Assembly (NCBI GenBank): GCA_028023455.1
Contig: JAQFVV010000006.1
Location: forward strand, 14,136,001 to 14,200,000
Direction: 5' to 3'
Length of the DNA stretch: 64,000 bases
From: Epiperipatus broadwayi
Lineage: Eukaryota > Animalia > Onychophora
This document shows positions 12,440 through 26,000 of the stretch, piece by piece. The notes beneath the pieces are model-generated. The model saw only the letters and a program-made list of their open reading frames with translations. It was not told the origin of the DNA and did no database searches. The translations under genes were made by a program, and so were the position numbers. Each line of letters begins with the position of its first letter. Position 1 is the first letter of the stretch.

Positions 12440-13580
12440 AATACAGGTTAGTATATATACAATGTTTTGAGAGGTATTATTCTCCCCTCTTCTTCAGGTG
12501 TTTCAGCCTGACCAGTGACAGTACTAGCATGAGGATTAAAAGCTGGATCATTAGATTCTTGGAATATTAAATTTTAAGGTAATGTTCTAACCAACTGAGC
12601 CATCCTGCCAAATCTATGAGGTTCCTCCTGATTTCTCTATCTTTTCTTAAGAGCAAATGGCTTCCAGACATGATGAATTATCATAATAGGTTGACTTGGG
12701 GGGTTATTTGCCATTGTCATGTGAGCAGCTTCTCTGAATTTTCTTCTCCTTTTCCTCTCTATCCAATATTTTTGTATTTTCACAATCAAACATATGTTCA
12801 TTGGTACATACATGATCTGCTATTTTAGACACATCTGTATTCCCTTTTCTAATCATCAGTTTATGCTCTTGCAATCACTCTTCAATGGGGTGACTAGTCT
12901 CACCAATATATATCCATCCACATTCCCATGATATTTTATAGATGCAGTTCTGTTTTTCAGCATTTCAAGTTTAGGCTTTAGAGATGGTTTCTCATAATGT
13001 TATTATGGCTTTGGAAAGCTGTTCTAATGTTGAATTAGTCATAATTTTTTTTATAGTTTATTGCCATTCCAGGTATGGATACATTACAGTGCTAATAATT
13101 ATTTTTCTTTTGATGTTTTTTGTTGTTGTTGTCTACATAACATTTTCTTAATGAATGATGGTGGATAACCATTCTTCATGAGAGATTGTTGTATATTAAT
13201 CTTTTGTTTTTCCAAATCACTAGTTTCTGAACAAAGTACTTTTGCACTGTTCCATAGTGATAGTATAATTCCATATTTATGTTTCTGATGTGATTCAGTG
13301 AATATGCTAAGTATTTTTCTATGTGTTTTTTTCTGTAAACTGTAGTTTTGATTTTGTTATGAGTGAGTCTTGTGACAAGAACTTGTAAGAATGCCAATTT
13401 TTGTTTGTGTTCTGATGCTTTGTGAATTTAATTGAAGGGGATATCTTGTAGATGTGGGTCCAGAATGTTTTTAATAGAGCTTCACCATGTGGCCATGCAA
13501 TATCTAAAGCCAAATTTTAGGACAGTAATATTTATGGCTGTGGCTTCAATTTCTTCCATGTGTTTTGTAGAATTAATACT
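12440..13580 (-). mobile_element. Penelope-like element, 3' part (RT C-terminus/thumb, GIY-YIG endonuclease, tRNA-like segment, hammerhead core); family K
   Basis: Minus-strand frames give WPHGEALL..F, IKFT, VLVTR...KTTVYRK and NCIYKISWECGWIYIGETSHPIEE*LQEHK (GIY-YIG). The frame is disrupted by frameshifts, and the YVDD motif is deleted. Confidence 0.88.
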
Positions 13581-13721
13581 CTATGAATATGAACATTCTA
13601 TATAATTCTATATATACTTCTTCCTCTTCTTAGTACTTTTTCTTATTCATATTCAACAATATATCTTATTTAATAATCACAGTCTTTTTACACCTTTAAG
13701 CAAATAATTTTATTAATATAA

Positions 13722-13925
13722 TAACAGTTTCAGCTATTGCTAACAGTCTTCTTCAGATCTCAATATTGTTCTATTTTTCCCTTTCCACCATTTTATTTTA
13801 CTATTCTTCATAACATCCAAATCTTTTCTCCAAAATGTCTTCGTGTATTATCCTTTATATCCTATATCAATAGATTGAGATCTGAAGAAGACTTCCAGGA
13901 ACAGTCAAAACTGTTATTATATTAA
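13722..13925. repeat. Inverted pair of decayed family G hammerhead repeats (fold-back about 13640-13995)
   Basis: taacagtttc...gtcttcttcagatctcaat is mirrored by attgagatctgaagaagac...gtcaaaactgtta. Confidence 0.6.
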
Positions 13926-14997
13926 TAAAAATTATTTGCTTAAAGGTGTAAGAAGACTGTGGTTATTTAATAAGATATATTGTTGAATATGAACATTCAG
14001 AGAAGATGTCATGTGAATAAAGGTTTATAATTTTGTCAACATATGCATAACTTTAACTATGCAATCTTTTGTGGGATAAATTAATTAAGTATTTTGGGGA
14101 CTAATGCAATTGATTTTATCATCAACAGCCAGACCATGGCTTTTTATCACTACCCTTAGATGTTCTGCAAATAGAAAAAAATCTAAAGTTGCATTTATAA
14201 ACACAGTGTGCATTTTAAAACGTACCAAGAATTTTTATGAGTTATCACCATACAAATCTTTTAGAATTGCAGCATACTTCTTGTTATAAAATCATGAGTT
14301 ATCCAGTATGGGCTTTAAGGTGGATATAATATTATCCTTATCCATTGTGAAATATGAATGCCAATGCATAAATATGTGTAACTGGAAGTTAAGAATTTCA
14401 AGCACTGAATTTAAACAATTTATAAATAAGACATCTGTTGAGAAGTTTCAAACCACTAACTCGTCTGATGTTTGAATATCTCATTCACGAAATATCTATA
14501 AAGTGGAGGAGAGTAGTCTGGGAAATTTTACACTGGATTGGTTACAAATATTGTCAGATGGCTTAGCCCATGGTCAGCTACCTTTTTTTCATAAATAGCC
14601 ATTTTTAAAATTATATTTACCAAAATAATACCTACGGAGCCATAAATTAGTAACTTGAAGTATAAAATGTACATTTTTGAAAATTGACCTTAAAATATGT
14701 TTTGTTGTACTTTGCTTAAAGGTTTTGTAATAAAATACACTGCAATTCAATTATTTATTATCAATGTTACAATACTCATAATTATAATATATAATTATTA
14801 AAGTAAAAAATAGTGATTTTTAAACATTTTCCCACATAAATTGACATTTTTCTTTGGTCAACACTATGCTGGAATTTCAAATATTTTATAATGTATTTAA
14901 TATATAGGGGGTTTGAACTCAGACCACACGACCCTCAACCACCCATGCTATCTCATATTGCTGATACACTTGATCACACACATGTCAAAAAGATAAA

Positions 14998-15053
14998 TAA
15001 TCACCAATATCTATATTTTGTGCTAAACCAGCACTCGTCAGTTAGTCCAGATT
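14998..15053 (-). ncRNA. Hammerhead, family B (G12A, probably inactive)
   Basis: CUGACGA GUGCUG-GUU-UAGCAC AAAA U-AUAG-A UA UUGG. Confidence 0.65.
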
Positions 15054-16835
15054 ATCATCTTCACACATATATACAATCAAAGCCCAGTTTATATTAAGAT
15101 AGCCGATCTTCGTACTTTAATGGATAGGCTTCTGACCACTCCACCCCACAACTCTTCAGCCATCCATTTCATTGAAAATCTGATTATGGAATGCTCAAAG
15201 CTCATCTTAGTGGCAACCTTCTTATCCTACCCATGTTGACCGCAAGTCAATTAAAATATATACTTCATAAAAAATAAGAACAATATATAGTTTTTAATGA
15301 CATTTTTGTTGATGAATTTTTCACGAAAGTGTCAAAATTCAGTAAATGTGACGTCACTTTCATTTTCAAACAAGACGGCACACACACACAGTTCAGCTGA
15401 TTACATAGTTTATTTTTAATGAAATCCGAGTTTGAAAACAGTTGTTTGCAAAAATATGTTGATTTGAAAATCGACAGAAATCCAAATGCATACGTTTTTA
15501 ATTGAATGTAAGTATCATGCAATGACATAAAATAATAAACAGATAAGTAACTTATACATTGGTAATGGTAAAATTAATTTGTGTGTTATTACCCACTCAA
15601 TATCGGCTGTCAACGAATTGCAGCATATGACCTAAAGCATGCATGGAACTTTCAAAGAATCATATTTTGTTATGGGATATGAATATTGTTTAAATATTCA
15701 GTGGAGAGCCAGAATGGCATACTTGAAGAGCCATAGGTTGCTCACCCCTGCCTTAGCCAGTTTATTAAATATATATTTTTGGTTTATCTAGGTATACAAT
15801 TGTTTGTTGTTAATATCAACATTATAACAGTTTGATGGTATTATACGTGCTATGGTCTGGATAATGAAGATCATTCAGGCAGATGTTGCAGAAAGTCGTA
15901 AATCAATAGTATCTGCTTGAATAATTTCCATTTCGTGCAATGAGCACCATGATTCTTTGAAAAAGATGTCCAATCTTTTCTAATCCTTATTGGAGATGTT
16001 TAATTAATGTTATAGTATGACTTTAATGTATCTTTGATTGTGATCATATTGCTAGTATATCTAGTCCATGATCTCTCATTGTATGTCTACTAGCTTTTCT
16101 TTGATCTTTTTGTAGTCATACATTGTTCACCTAAATGTAGTAATTTTTTTGTGGAATGGACATCTTGGAATAGTGGATTACATACCTTTCTACTCTGCCT
16201 ATATTATTGGGGGTTGAATCCAGTAAATTATGAACATTTTTCATGTAGATATGAATTTATAAGTATTTTTTTCAAGTAAACTGTCTTTTAATCGCTGTTA
16301 AGCAGGTTTTGGCTATTTTTGATTGAAGAGTAAAAGTCCCAGATTAATTTGGATTGGTTAGATAACTGTCAATAGAGTAAGAATATTAGTGTAATATGAT
16401 GTAATCACCACAATTAGTGAGAGAGGTATTATAATCTCTTTGATGTGTTAGAGTAGAATGGAAAAAGTATCATGCCTTTTTGGTTATAAATGAACTTATT
16501 TAATTTCCGACCTTTCAAAATTAGACTCGTAAAGATTTTTTTCATAATAGCAACTTTTAATACTAAAATACATTGCTCCATGTTGAAAATTGCATATCAT
16601 TTGATTGGTAGATTCTGTCTTCTCACGATGCATTTTTTTCATTTTGTCTTCTATTTTTACTTACTGTTTCTGTCATTTTAGTAAAGAACCTAATCCTTAT
16701 CAATCTGTAGTGTCATCGGTCATCTTCCTGCATTAACTGTAATATTGAAATTGCATATAATATAACATACTATGTACTCCACAATTTACACTTCACAATG
16801 CACTTTTAACTCTTCTCTTGCCTATAGTTTTATAA

Positions 16836-16876
16836 GAGCTCTGATGATGACTGCTGGACAGCTGAAACTGTAGGCA
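16836..16876 (+). ncRNA. Hammerhead, family G, in a fold-back (about 16765-16935)
   Basis: AGCU CUGAUGA U GACUG-CUGGA-CAGCU GAAA CUG UA GGC. Confidence 0.6.
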
Positions 16877-18788
16877 AGAGGAGATAAAATAAATCATATG
16901 TTAAAAGTGGATTGTGAAGTGTAAATTGTGGAGTTTATGGTATATTATATATAATTCAGCAGTGCAAATGACCACACTTTTATCCTTTTATTGCATGCAT
17001 GGCAAATCTGATACTGGTTTGTTCTTTTAAACTTATCTTCAGTTTTCTTTGTTTTGTTTTGTATGTTAGAATGACATATTAATTTATGAGTTATTGGTGA
17101 TGATGATGAAAATTTATAAGTAAAAAAGGTCAAATTGTTCACTAAAATCAAAAGTTTTTTTGCTAATATCACTCTTTTGCATAAATTATGAGCCTCTATC
17201 AATTAATTCTAATTAGATTAAAACAATTAGAGCTTTGTGATATCAGACTGTTTGTACCTCATTGATTATTTCACTAATCATTTTATTTATTTTAAAAACA
17301 ATTTTATTTTTTACATACAATTAAAATTTATATAAAATATTTCTTGAAAAGGTTCTGGCAAAATAATTATAAATGTGGTTATTAATATAGAGCTAGGATG
17401 GGCAAAGTATGGCCTACAGGCCACATGAAAGGTGTGATGGTGATTTGTAAAAATCAGAACCCATGTATAAATGTAAACATTTTTTTTTGTAATTTTACTA
17501 CAAAAATTTTTAAGATTTACAAGCAATATATGTTTGAAAGTATGTGGTAATGTGATACAAGTAAATTTATTTAACATTTTTTTATAAAATAAATGCCATA
17601 TTGTTTTATAATAAACTTCATCACATCTTGAAATCAAATGAATTCTGCCAAAAAATGCTTCACATTTTGCCATCTTTGATATAGAGTATGCAATGTTTTC
17701 ACTTGGTCCTCAAATTACACATGAACACAAATTGTTGGGCCAAACAAAACAGACATCATGGTACTCATATTAAATTTTAGAAGTGATTACTAGAAGGCAT
17801 GACTACAATTTACCCTAATGTTAATATTTTGCTAACTAATTTCTTTCTTTTGTGTTGATTTAACTAACATGGTTTACTAAGAGTACAAAAAATGAATAAA
17901 ATAGTCTTTTAAATAAGTAACCCAGTGCAGAGTAAAGATCTCTTCAACATTCTTTTAAAGAGGAACAGTAAAGGGGAAGACTGTAGGGTTGAATGTTTAT
18001 ACATCTTGGTTTCACCCTTTAACTAAAGATAGCTAGATACCCACTTGCTGACCATTGTTGGATGTCTGTTTCCATTGGTTATGGGCCAGATATCAGAGAA
18101 AAATCAATCCTTTGAATCCCAGAATTTCAGATATAGTCTAGATCAGCTACTTCTGTACCATGAAAATATTTTTAGTAATGTTACATAAGTTTATAACCTC
18201 AGGCAATGGGCCAAAAATAATACAATTGTAAGTGCTATGAATTTGTTATTATTGCTAAGGAGGGTTGTAACAACATCATTGATGAGGAGCAGCAGTTTGA
18301 TACTAATGCTATCAATGTTTTGAATAAATTTTGAAATGTTAATTTATTTTAGTCCACAGTATTAAAAAGACCTTCATTGAGTTATTTAATACTTCATTAA
18401 TAACTAATTCATTACTAAATATTGCTTTTTTCCATAAAGGTACACAATTTCAATACAAAAACTACGCCACATACTTCATTTTTTCCAAATATTGGTTTTC
18501 TAAAGAAATTATTTTTCATATCTTTATGAGTATTATATTTTTTGATATATTCACTCTTTTATGGACATTTTTTAAGGTTGATTCATTAACCTAACCAAAA
18601 GATGCAGATAGAAGTTCGAATCTCACCTACTCCTCCAGATTGCTACTAAGTGACTTATTTCCCATCACTTGGATTTCTTTATGTATGCTAAGTGGTCAGA
18701 TGTCACATGACCTAATTTAATACTTATACATTAGATAAAGTGCTGCACTTATCCAGGTATTTTTAATCTAATGATTGAATATCCTAGC

Positions 18789-18828
18789 ACCTCACTGAGA
18801 ATGCCAGTAGCAGAAATTGGTCTGAGGT
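18789..18828 (+). ncRNA. Hammerhead, family E (G8A)
   Basis: ACCUCA CUGAGAA UGC-CAGUA-GCA GAAA UUGG UC UGAGGU; perfect 6-bp stem I. Confidence 0.65.
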
Positions 18829-19161
18829 TGGGGATATTCTACAAAGCTTGTGAAGAGTTTGTTTTGCTAACTCTATATATAACATTTGTAAACACAAGCT
18901 TTATTAAATTAGGTCATGTAACATCTGACTTGATTTTTTTTTTGTAATTTTATTATTTGCTATGATGGTTTTGGCAAATTTTATATTGCTAAAACTATTA
19001 ATATATGATGTATCTGAACTTAGTTCAGTCCCATATGGCTATTTAAGTTAAATAGCTGGATTGGAAGACATAAAATTTCAGATTTTTACTTAGTAGTTAT
19101 ACATTAGATAAAGTGCTGGGCTTGTCCTGGTATTTTTAATCTAATGATTGAATATCCTAGC

Positions 19162-19201
19162 ACCTCACAGAGGACACCAGTAGCAGAAACTGGTCTGAGG
19201 T
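19162..19201 (+). ncRNA. Hammerhead, family E (U4A), direct repeat 373 bp downstream of the previous copy
   Basis: ACCUCA CAGAGGA CAC-CAGUA-GCA GAAA CUGG UC UGAGGU; the consensus of the two E copies restores a canonical core. Confidence 0.6.
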
Positions 19202-19321
19202 TGGGGGTATTCTACAAAGCTTGTTAAGAGTTTGTTTTGCAAGCTCTCTCTCTATATATATATATTGATATTTTTCTTTTTTTTTAATGCCCAATGGGAA
19301 TTTTTTAATATATATATATAT

Positions 19322-20494
19322 TGTAACGTTACAAATATATTGGCATTTGGTAAAAGCTAAAAAAGTAAATTTAGATTTTTTTTTTGATTAGTATAATTTT
19401 TGTTAAAACGTGCAATGAAAGTTAAAATTGTCATTCTTATTTTTTTTTATCTAATTGGAAAGAATAAATGACATACAGATTACTAATCCAGATAAATTAA
19501 AAGAATTCCAAAAGTATAAGCTAAAAGAAAAATATTTTAGCTAATTAAAGATGGAAGAATAATGCTAAAAAAAAGAGAACTTTGTAACTTAAATTTAAGA
19601 GAGAGTGTATAAGATTATTATCTTATACGCTGATAAAAAGACAAAAGAGTGCGCAGAAGTTCCAAAAATGGAGTGCGATATAAAAAGGAGATGACAACTT
19701 CAATCTGGGTCTTCTCTTTAACTTCTAGTTACGTCTCTGAAAGTTGGAGGTTTCCACGAGCATAACCTGTGGCAAGAAATATACTTCTACACAGGTATGC
19801 CCCTTGCTGTACCAAGCTGTCATGCAAGCATGGAAACGGGACTTTGAAGACCGCTTTTTGCAATAAAAGGGTCACTACAACCGTGCCTTTTCTCCAGCTA
19901 TAGAACGGAACAATAATGGAAGACGCCGGCAGGAGAGACCAATGGAAATTCTCATGATCTGGGATCCCATAAACCTACATGAACTTACCGGTAAGTTAAG
20001 AATAAATTTTCCTGATAGTGACTTAAAAGTTTGCAAACAATTATTTATCTAAGCTTAGACTACCATCCTGATATAGACTTTTCGTATTCAAGGGACTTTC
20101 TAATAAAGAATTTTATACAAGATCTTGGGACATAATTAAATTGCTTTAATTGCTTAATCTGTTTTTGTTAATTGATTCATTATCTGGACTGGTGTGTGTA
20201 TACTTTCCTGTTTAGTTAATTCGTAATTTAACTTATAAATATGTTTAGTTTGTTAGAATAAAAGAGATTTTACTTTTATCAACCTTTTCATTGTGCGTTA
20301 TTAATAATAGTTGTTTTTTTTTAGTATTAAATTTATTATTAGTTTAGTGGGATTTAAAACGGAATTTACCTTGCCAATGTATTTAAACAAGCCCAGAAAT
20401 AATAATCAAAAAGGAGAAAATAGTTCTCGTTACGGTATGATGCAATACCGATTAGTTTAAAAGCACTTTTTTTCTGTTTAGTTTACGAGTTACA
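19322..20494 (+). mobile_element. Probable LTR (about 1.17 kb): solo LTR, or 5' LTR followed by a decayed PBS
   Basis: TGTAAC...GTTACA termini, ATAT on both sides (weak, because the left flank is a TA microsatellite), TATAAAAAG near 19678, AATAAA near 20257, and a CpG-containing interior. Confidence 0.5.
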
Positions 20495-20849
20495 ATATGT
20501 TTGACGCCGACTCAGTGGGTCTAACGACTCTGGTGCCCTCATGTAGAAATTAAAAACTGAGTCAGCTCACGATTGTACTTAGCAATAATTCTAGGCCGAG
20601 TTGATCAGGAAATATAGCTATGTTTTTAGAATAGAAATATAACTTTCTTCTTTTTTGACATAGCTTGATCAACTCACGCTCAAATATAAATTTGAGGCGT
20701 ATAGTGGCCTAGTAATACGAAAAACATTATAATATTAATCTAAGATATATTTATGATTAGAAGTTGAAAATGTTATATAAATATTTATAATATGTGAATA
20801 CAAGTATAATTTATATACTTGGAGTTTAGATGTAATTATAAGGGATTTA

Positions 20850-21620
20850 AACACAGAGTCTCAAGCTCTCTTCAGCTATCCACTCTGTTTCATATAACTG
20901 ATAACCTTGGCCACATACATGCAAAAAAGATTTTGTGCTGAATCACATTCACCAGTTGGCCCAGATTATCATCTCCACACACATATATAATTAGTGTTCA
21001 ATTTATATTAACATAACAAATCATCAAACTTCAAAGGACAGGCCCAGTCCACTCCACCCTCCAACTCCCAAGCCATCCACACCACTGAAAAATCCAATGA
21101 TGGAATGCCAAAACTCCTCCCGACACCAATATTATTGTCATGCCTGGTATCAACAAGAAATTAAGGCATTCCACCACAAGACTCCCCAATAGCATGGATA
21201 GCTGAAGAGCTTTGAGGGTAAAGCAGACTGAAGCCTGCCCACTGAAATTTAAGGGATCAAAGTGACCCAAAGCCAACATGGACATGACAATAATACTGGC
21301 ATCAACAAGGGATCTGGGTGGTCTATCACCAGATCTTTCAATGGCATGGATGATTGAAGAGTTGGAGGGTGGAGTATATTGAAACCCATCCACCAAAGAC
21401 TGAACACCTGCTACTGTGGGAGATGCTGATCAGGACCAACCGATGACCACCGTCCCAATACAAAACATATATTGAAGATCATTCATTCCCCTCACATGTA
21501 TGCGGTCATGTACATTGGTCACACAAGATAGTGAATAACCGAAGGGAGTCCGAAAGTCCATGTTCAAGTCCCTTATAATTATAAGTAAATATTTATAATA
21601 AATGATGCTAGAAAAAAATG
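20850..21620. mobile_element. Family B composite with two decayed hammerheads
   Basis: Minus segment about 20850-21370, plus segment about 21425-21580; both hammerhead cores carry several substitutions. Confidence 0.65.
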
Positions 21621-21924
21621 ATAACATTTATTTTTGACAGCTGAATTACTTTGTATTCATTATTTACAATATTTTATAAATGTCAATTAGTAATTATTTT
21701 TTTATTTGCAAATGGTAGCCTAGATGAATACTTTTAATCTATGTTTTGTTTTGTATCTTGATAATTGTTACTGTTATATAAACTCTTTTTGTTAAATCTT
21801 TATATTATATACTTAGTGACTTTGATTTTTTGGTGAAAGGATATTTTATACTAAAACATCACAGTTTTAACTTAATTTAACCTTGACATTAAGAATAATA
21901 ATCCACTTTATCATTCTACTTTAG

Positions 21925-22535
21925 AAACAGCTATCATTAAAACAGGCAAAACTCTCCATACAGTAGTTCACTCAGTACAAGCTAGAGTAGTCAATGGATG
22001 TCAGAAGGCTTGTGCATAAAATCCTCATCTAGTGCCTACTCATCCAATATCTCCAGACTAGTGCTCTCAGATCCAAGGCTCCTCACTTATGAAGGCCATA
22101 AGCCAGAAACTATTAAGCCAATAAACATCACATGACCACCACCTCTTATGCTTGTGTATAACTGTTGTTAAAACAGGCAAAACTCACTATACGTATTGCC
22201 ACACACAGCAAGCTAGAGTAATCAAACTAGTCTGGGGATGATTGATGAGTAGGCACTAGATGGGGATATTATGCACAAGCCTTCTGGCATCCATTGATTA
22301 CTCTAGCTTGCTTGTGTGGCAATACGTATAGTGAGTTTTGCCTGTTTTAGCCAGAAGCTATTCTGGGGATATTGGATGAATAGGCACTAGATGTGAGATT
22401 TTATGCACACGCCTTTTGGTATCCATTGATTACTCTAGCTTGCAGTGTGTGGCAATACGTATAGTGAGTTTTGCCTGTTTTAATAACAGTTATGAGCAAG
22501 CATAAGAAATGATGATCATGTGATGTTTATTGGCT
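21925..22535. mobile_element. Cluster of family D segments in inverted and tandem orientation
   Basis: Repeated ccattgattactctagcttgc...gagttttgcctgtttt and gatcatgtgatgttt blocks; mutated hammerhead at about 22080-22112. Confidence 0.8.
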
Positions 22536-23474
22536 TAATCAGCTATCATACTATAATAGTGTAAATTACTGCAATTAATACAGATGATAAAAAAATATGC
22601 TACTAGTTATAATGCTTTGAAACACATTACCTTCCCAATGGTCAAATGTAAGTACAATTAGTATATAGCTGTAACAGTAAATTGGCTTGGCTTCAAAGTA
22701 TTGGTTTGCCTGAAAGTTTAAATATCAAGTATCCCAATGTTTGAAGCAAAAGTGGGTACTGGATGGGTATGCAATCTAATGTTCATTATTGTAGAAATAT
22801 TTGATAATTTGGATTTGATATTCATTGATGACTTATGCGAATGTGGATCTTTAAAGTGAGCTGGAGATGTCATGCCATATTTTGTTTCATTACAATTTGA
22901 TAAATCCATCTTATGTATGTTCACATTATAATAAAGATCTAATTATACGGAACAAATTTTTATTTAAAGAAAATCATTTGAAAATGGCATTTTCATGAAG
23001 CAAATTGAAAGTTTTAGAGTTAATTTTGTTGAGCGTTAAAGAAATATATTTTTCAAATTATAGTAATATCATTTAAGAGAAAAATTTCTCAGCAAATATG
23101 ATGAATGAATGAGAATTTTTAATGAAAGGATTTTTGATCATTGGTATGGACATTGCAGTTTTCCATTCGTGTAATGATGCATTTAAGTAAATGGCATGTT
23201 CTTTAATAGATTTTATATGTGTATATTTTTCTCAATAAATATTAAATAATTTTTTTAAGCAAGTATTGAACTTTTTAGTGCAATATGCCAAATAAAAAAT
23301 ATCCATTTATTTTGATTCAGAAGATATGAATTTTTTCTACAGTACATGCTTTTTTCATACCTGCACTTCTATCTGTAATATATAGGGGGTTTGAACTCAG
23401 ACTTTTGCACAACCCTCGACCACCCATGCTATCTCGTACTGCTGATACACTTGATCACACACATGTTGAAAGAT

Positions 23475-23530
23475 AATCACTAATATACATATTTCATGCT
23501 AAACCAGCACTCGTCAGTTGGTCCAGATTA
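23475..23530 (-). ncRNA. Hammerhead, family B (core intact)
   Basis: CCAA CUGACGA GUGCUG-GUU-UAGCAU GAAA U-AUGU-A UA UUAG. Confidence 0.78.
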
Positions 23531-23816
23531 TCATCTCCACACATTTGTACAAAGCTCAGCTTATATTAAGATAGCCAATCTTCATACTTTAATGGACAGG
23601 CCTGTACATGAGGGGTCAGAGTGACTTGTTGTCAATATGGGTAGGATAAAAAGGTTGGCTCTAATGTGGGCTTTGAGTGATCCATCATCAGATTTTTAAT
23701 GAAATGGACAGCTGAAAAGTTGTGGGGTGGAGTGGTTTGAAGCCTGTCTATTAAAGTATGAAGATTGGCTATCTTAATATAAGCTGAACTTTGATTGTAT
23801 ATATGTGTGGAGATGA

Positions 23817-23871
23817 TAATATGGCCAACTGACGAGTGCTGGTTTAGCACAAAATACAGATATTAGTGATT
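23817..23871 (+). ncRNA. Hammerhead, family B (G12A), in inverted arrangement with 23475-23530
   Basis: CCAA CUGACGA GUGCUG-GUU-UAGCAC AAAA U-ACAG-A UA UUAG. Confidence 0.65.
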
Positions 23872-24726
23872 ATATATCTTTCAACATGTGTGTGATTAAA
23901 TGTCTCAGTGGTATGAGAGAGCATGGATGGTTGAGGGTCGTGTGAAAGTCTGAGTTTGATTCAGAAGAGAAAAAAATATGTTTAAGGATATGTTGTTTTT
24001 TTTAAATATCAGTTTTTTATTTACTAAATAATTTTGAATTTTATTGTATTTTTTATTTACCAATTCATAAAAAAACTTAATCTTTTTTATTTTAAAATAA
24101 AGACATACAGAAATATTGACATAACCTTAGTTCTTTCAACTGGTTAGAGGCTAAACGTAGTATTTTCAACTGGTTAGAGACTAAATCATTGCTGATAGTT
24201 AGAAATAGATTTAAACCTATATATATATAGCCCTACTAATTACTAAATAACATAGATTTATTTGAAAGCTAAATATAATAAAAATATAGTAATAATCAAC
24301 TATAAATTCATCTATTCATTATCAACCACTTGTAAATAATTATGACTATTATAACTTCACTAGAAAAACAAAGATAAAAAAAGGAAAATAAAGACAGAAA
24401 AAAAAAATATGGGAAACCTGGAGCATTGTGAATACATTGAGAAACATAAAATAATGTCAGTTTGTAAAATAAAGAAAAAACTTTAAAACAAAAAACTTCG
24501 ATAATGAGGGAAATGATATTACTGGAAATATTAAAAAGGCCACTCAACATGGTTTCCAAAGTGATAATCTATCATTCATTATTTATTGCCTTTATATTCT
24601 GTTTTTAAATCAAGTAAAAGTGTATTTTTCTGAACATTCTAAATTGTTCTCCCTTCTTTTCAATTCCACAACATCATGTATTTAAATAATATTGTATAAA
24701 TCGCATATTGTTGTCGAGTCGGTAAG

Positions 24727-25017
24727 AAATTGAGAGTTTGCTAATCTTTCGCATGCGCCTACTGTTGCTTCTCAGACAGCCAATCAGATTTTAAGACAGC
24801 AGTCTGAAGCACGATCAAGCCGCAACACATGACAGAGTTTTTGATAAGAAAAGGATGTTCACACCCTCTTCTTTACTTAACTTTATATATATATATAAGC
24901 CAGTCTTAAGCATCTAGGCCATCCTTTTCTCTTATCAAAAACTCTGTCGTGTTGCGTGCTTCAGACTGCTGTCTTTCAACAGTAGGCGCATGCGAGAGAT
25001 TAGCAACCTCTCAATTT
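24727..25017. mobile_element. Fold-back/MITE-like element centred on a TA run
   Basis: aaattgagagtttgctaatctttcgcatgcgcctactgttg is mirrored by caacagtaggcgcatgcgagagattagcaacctctcaattt; the inner blocks are also inverted. Confidence 0.8.
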
Positions 25018-25569
25018 AATATCATGTATTCCAAAATCTGAAAATATACAAAAATCTACATCTATCCTTTACATTTTATATTAAATATACTACTTGTCTT
25101 AGCTATTATAATAAATAAATAAAGTATCTATAATCCTTTTAATAGTACAAATTTTAAATAAATATGTTCGTGTTATCAATAGCAATTTTAATCAATTGTC
25201 AAAATCATTCAAGCAAAAAGTAAGAAGTATAAAATTGATTAGAACGAGAGAGATCTAGAGCATAATCTTATTTTATTATCAATATAATTTTGATTAAATC
25301 TTAATGATTATAATTTAAGACTAAATGTATTACATATACATCTACACATACAGACATATGAAATTACTTGTTTGTGCATAATTTGAATGTTTATGAAAGT
25401 TTAAAATTTCCAACACATTTAACCTATTAATAGAAAAGTTTAAATTCGTTTTAAAATATTCTTTTAAATATTTTTTTTATTGATTGATTAAGGGTGACTT
25501 TTGCAATTTTAAGTCATTATCAGATTTACTTCAGTTAATATTTAAAAAAAAAATAATGTAATCAATTAC

Positions 25570-26000
25570 GTGATGTGATGCACTGTGACTTCTCCTTATA
25601 CAGAGTCAGGAATCTCTCAGCATTTATGTCCAGAGAAACCTGTTAGCCACTTTGACTTCCCTTTCCATTCTCCACCCCAAGTTTCCCATATTCTTCTATA
25701 TTCTGCTCCATCCCATTTTCAGAACATAATCTTTGTTAACTCAAAGCCTTTATATCTAAAAAGTCCTTATCTTTTTCCAAACCCAGCATAAAAACCAATA
25801 ACCCATTTTCTGTATAATCACTTTGTTCATATTTATTCTTCCACAATTTCATTATTTGTACCCTTTCTGCTTTCAGGCATTTACATTCAATTAACAGATG
25901 CCTAATATTTTCTATGCCTTCCTAACATAATTTGCAGAGTAATTCACCAATATTTCTCCATTTATGTGTATATTTCCTTGTAGCTAAAGATCCCGAGCCT
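25570..26000 (-). mobile_element. LINE family H 3' fragment just upstream of the first coding exon
   Basis: Aligns with 56734-57150. Confidence 0.8.

Noticed and set aside
15840-16480. Additional PLE endonuclease remnant on the minus strand
   Set aside because: A YLGE-like word is present, but the surrounding frames are too degraded to call.
21031-21396. 121-aa minus-strand ORF
   Set aside because: It lies wholly in family B repeat segments, and the frame is not preserved in the other copies.
23385-23460. Pol III promoter in family B (GAGTTCAAACCCC B-box-like)
   Set aside because: The B-box-like word is conserved, but the A-box match and spacing are poor and no cloverleaf is evident.
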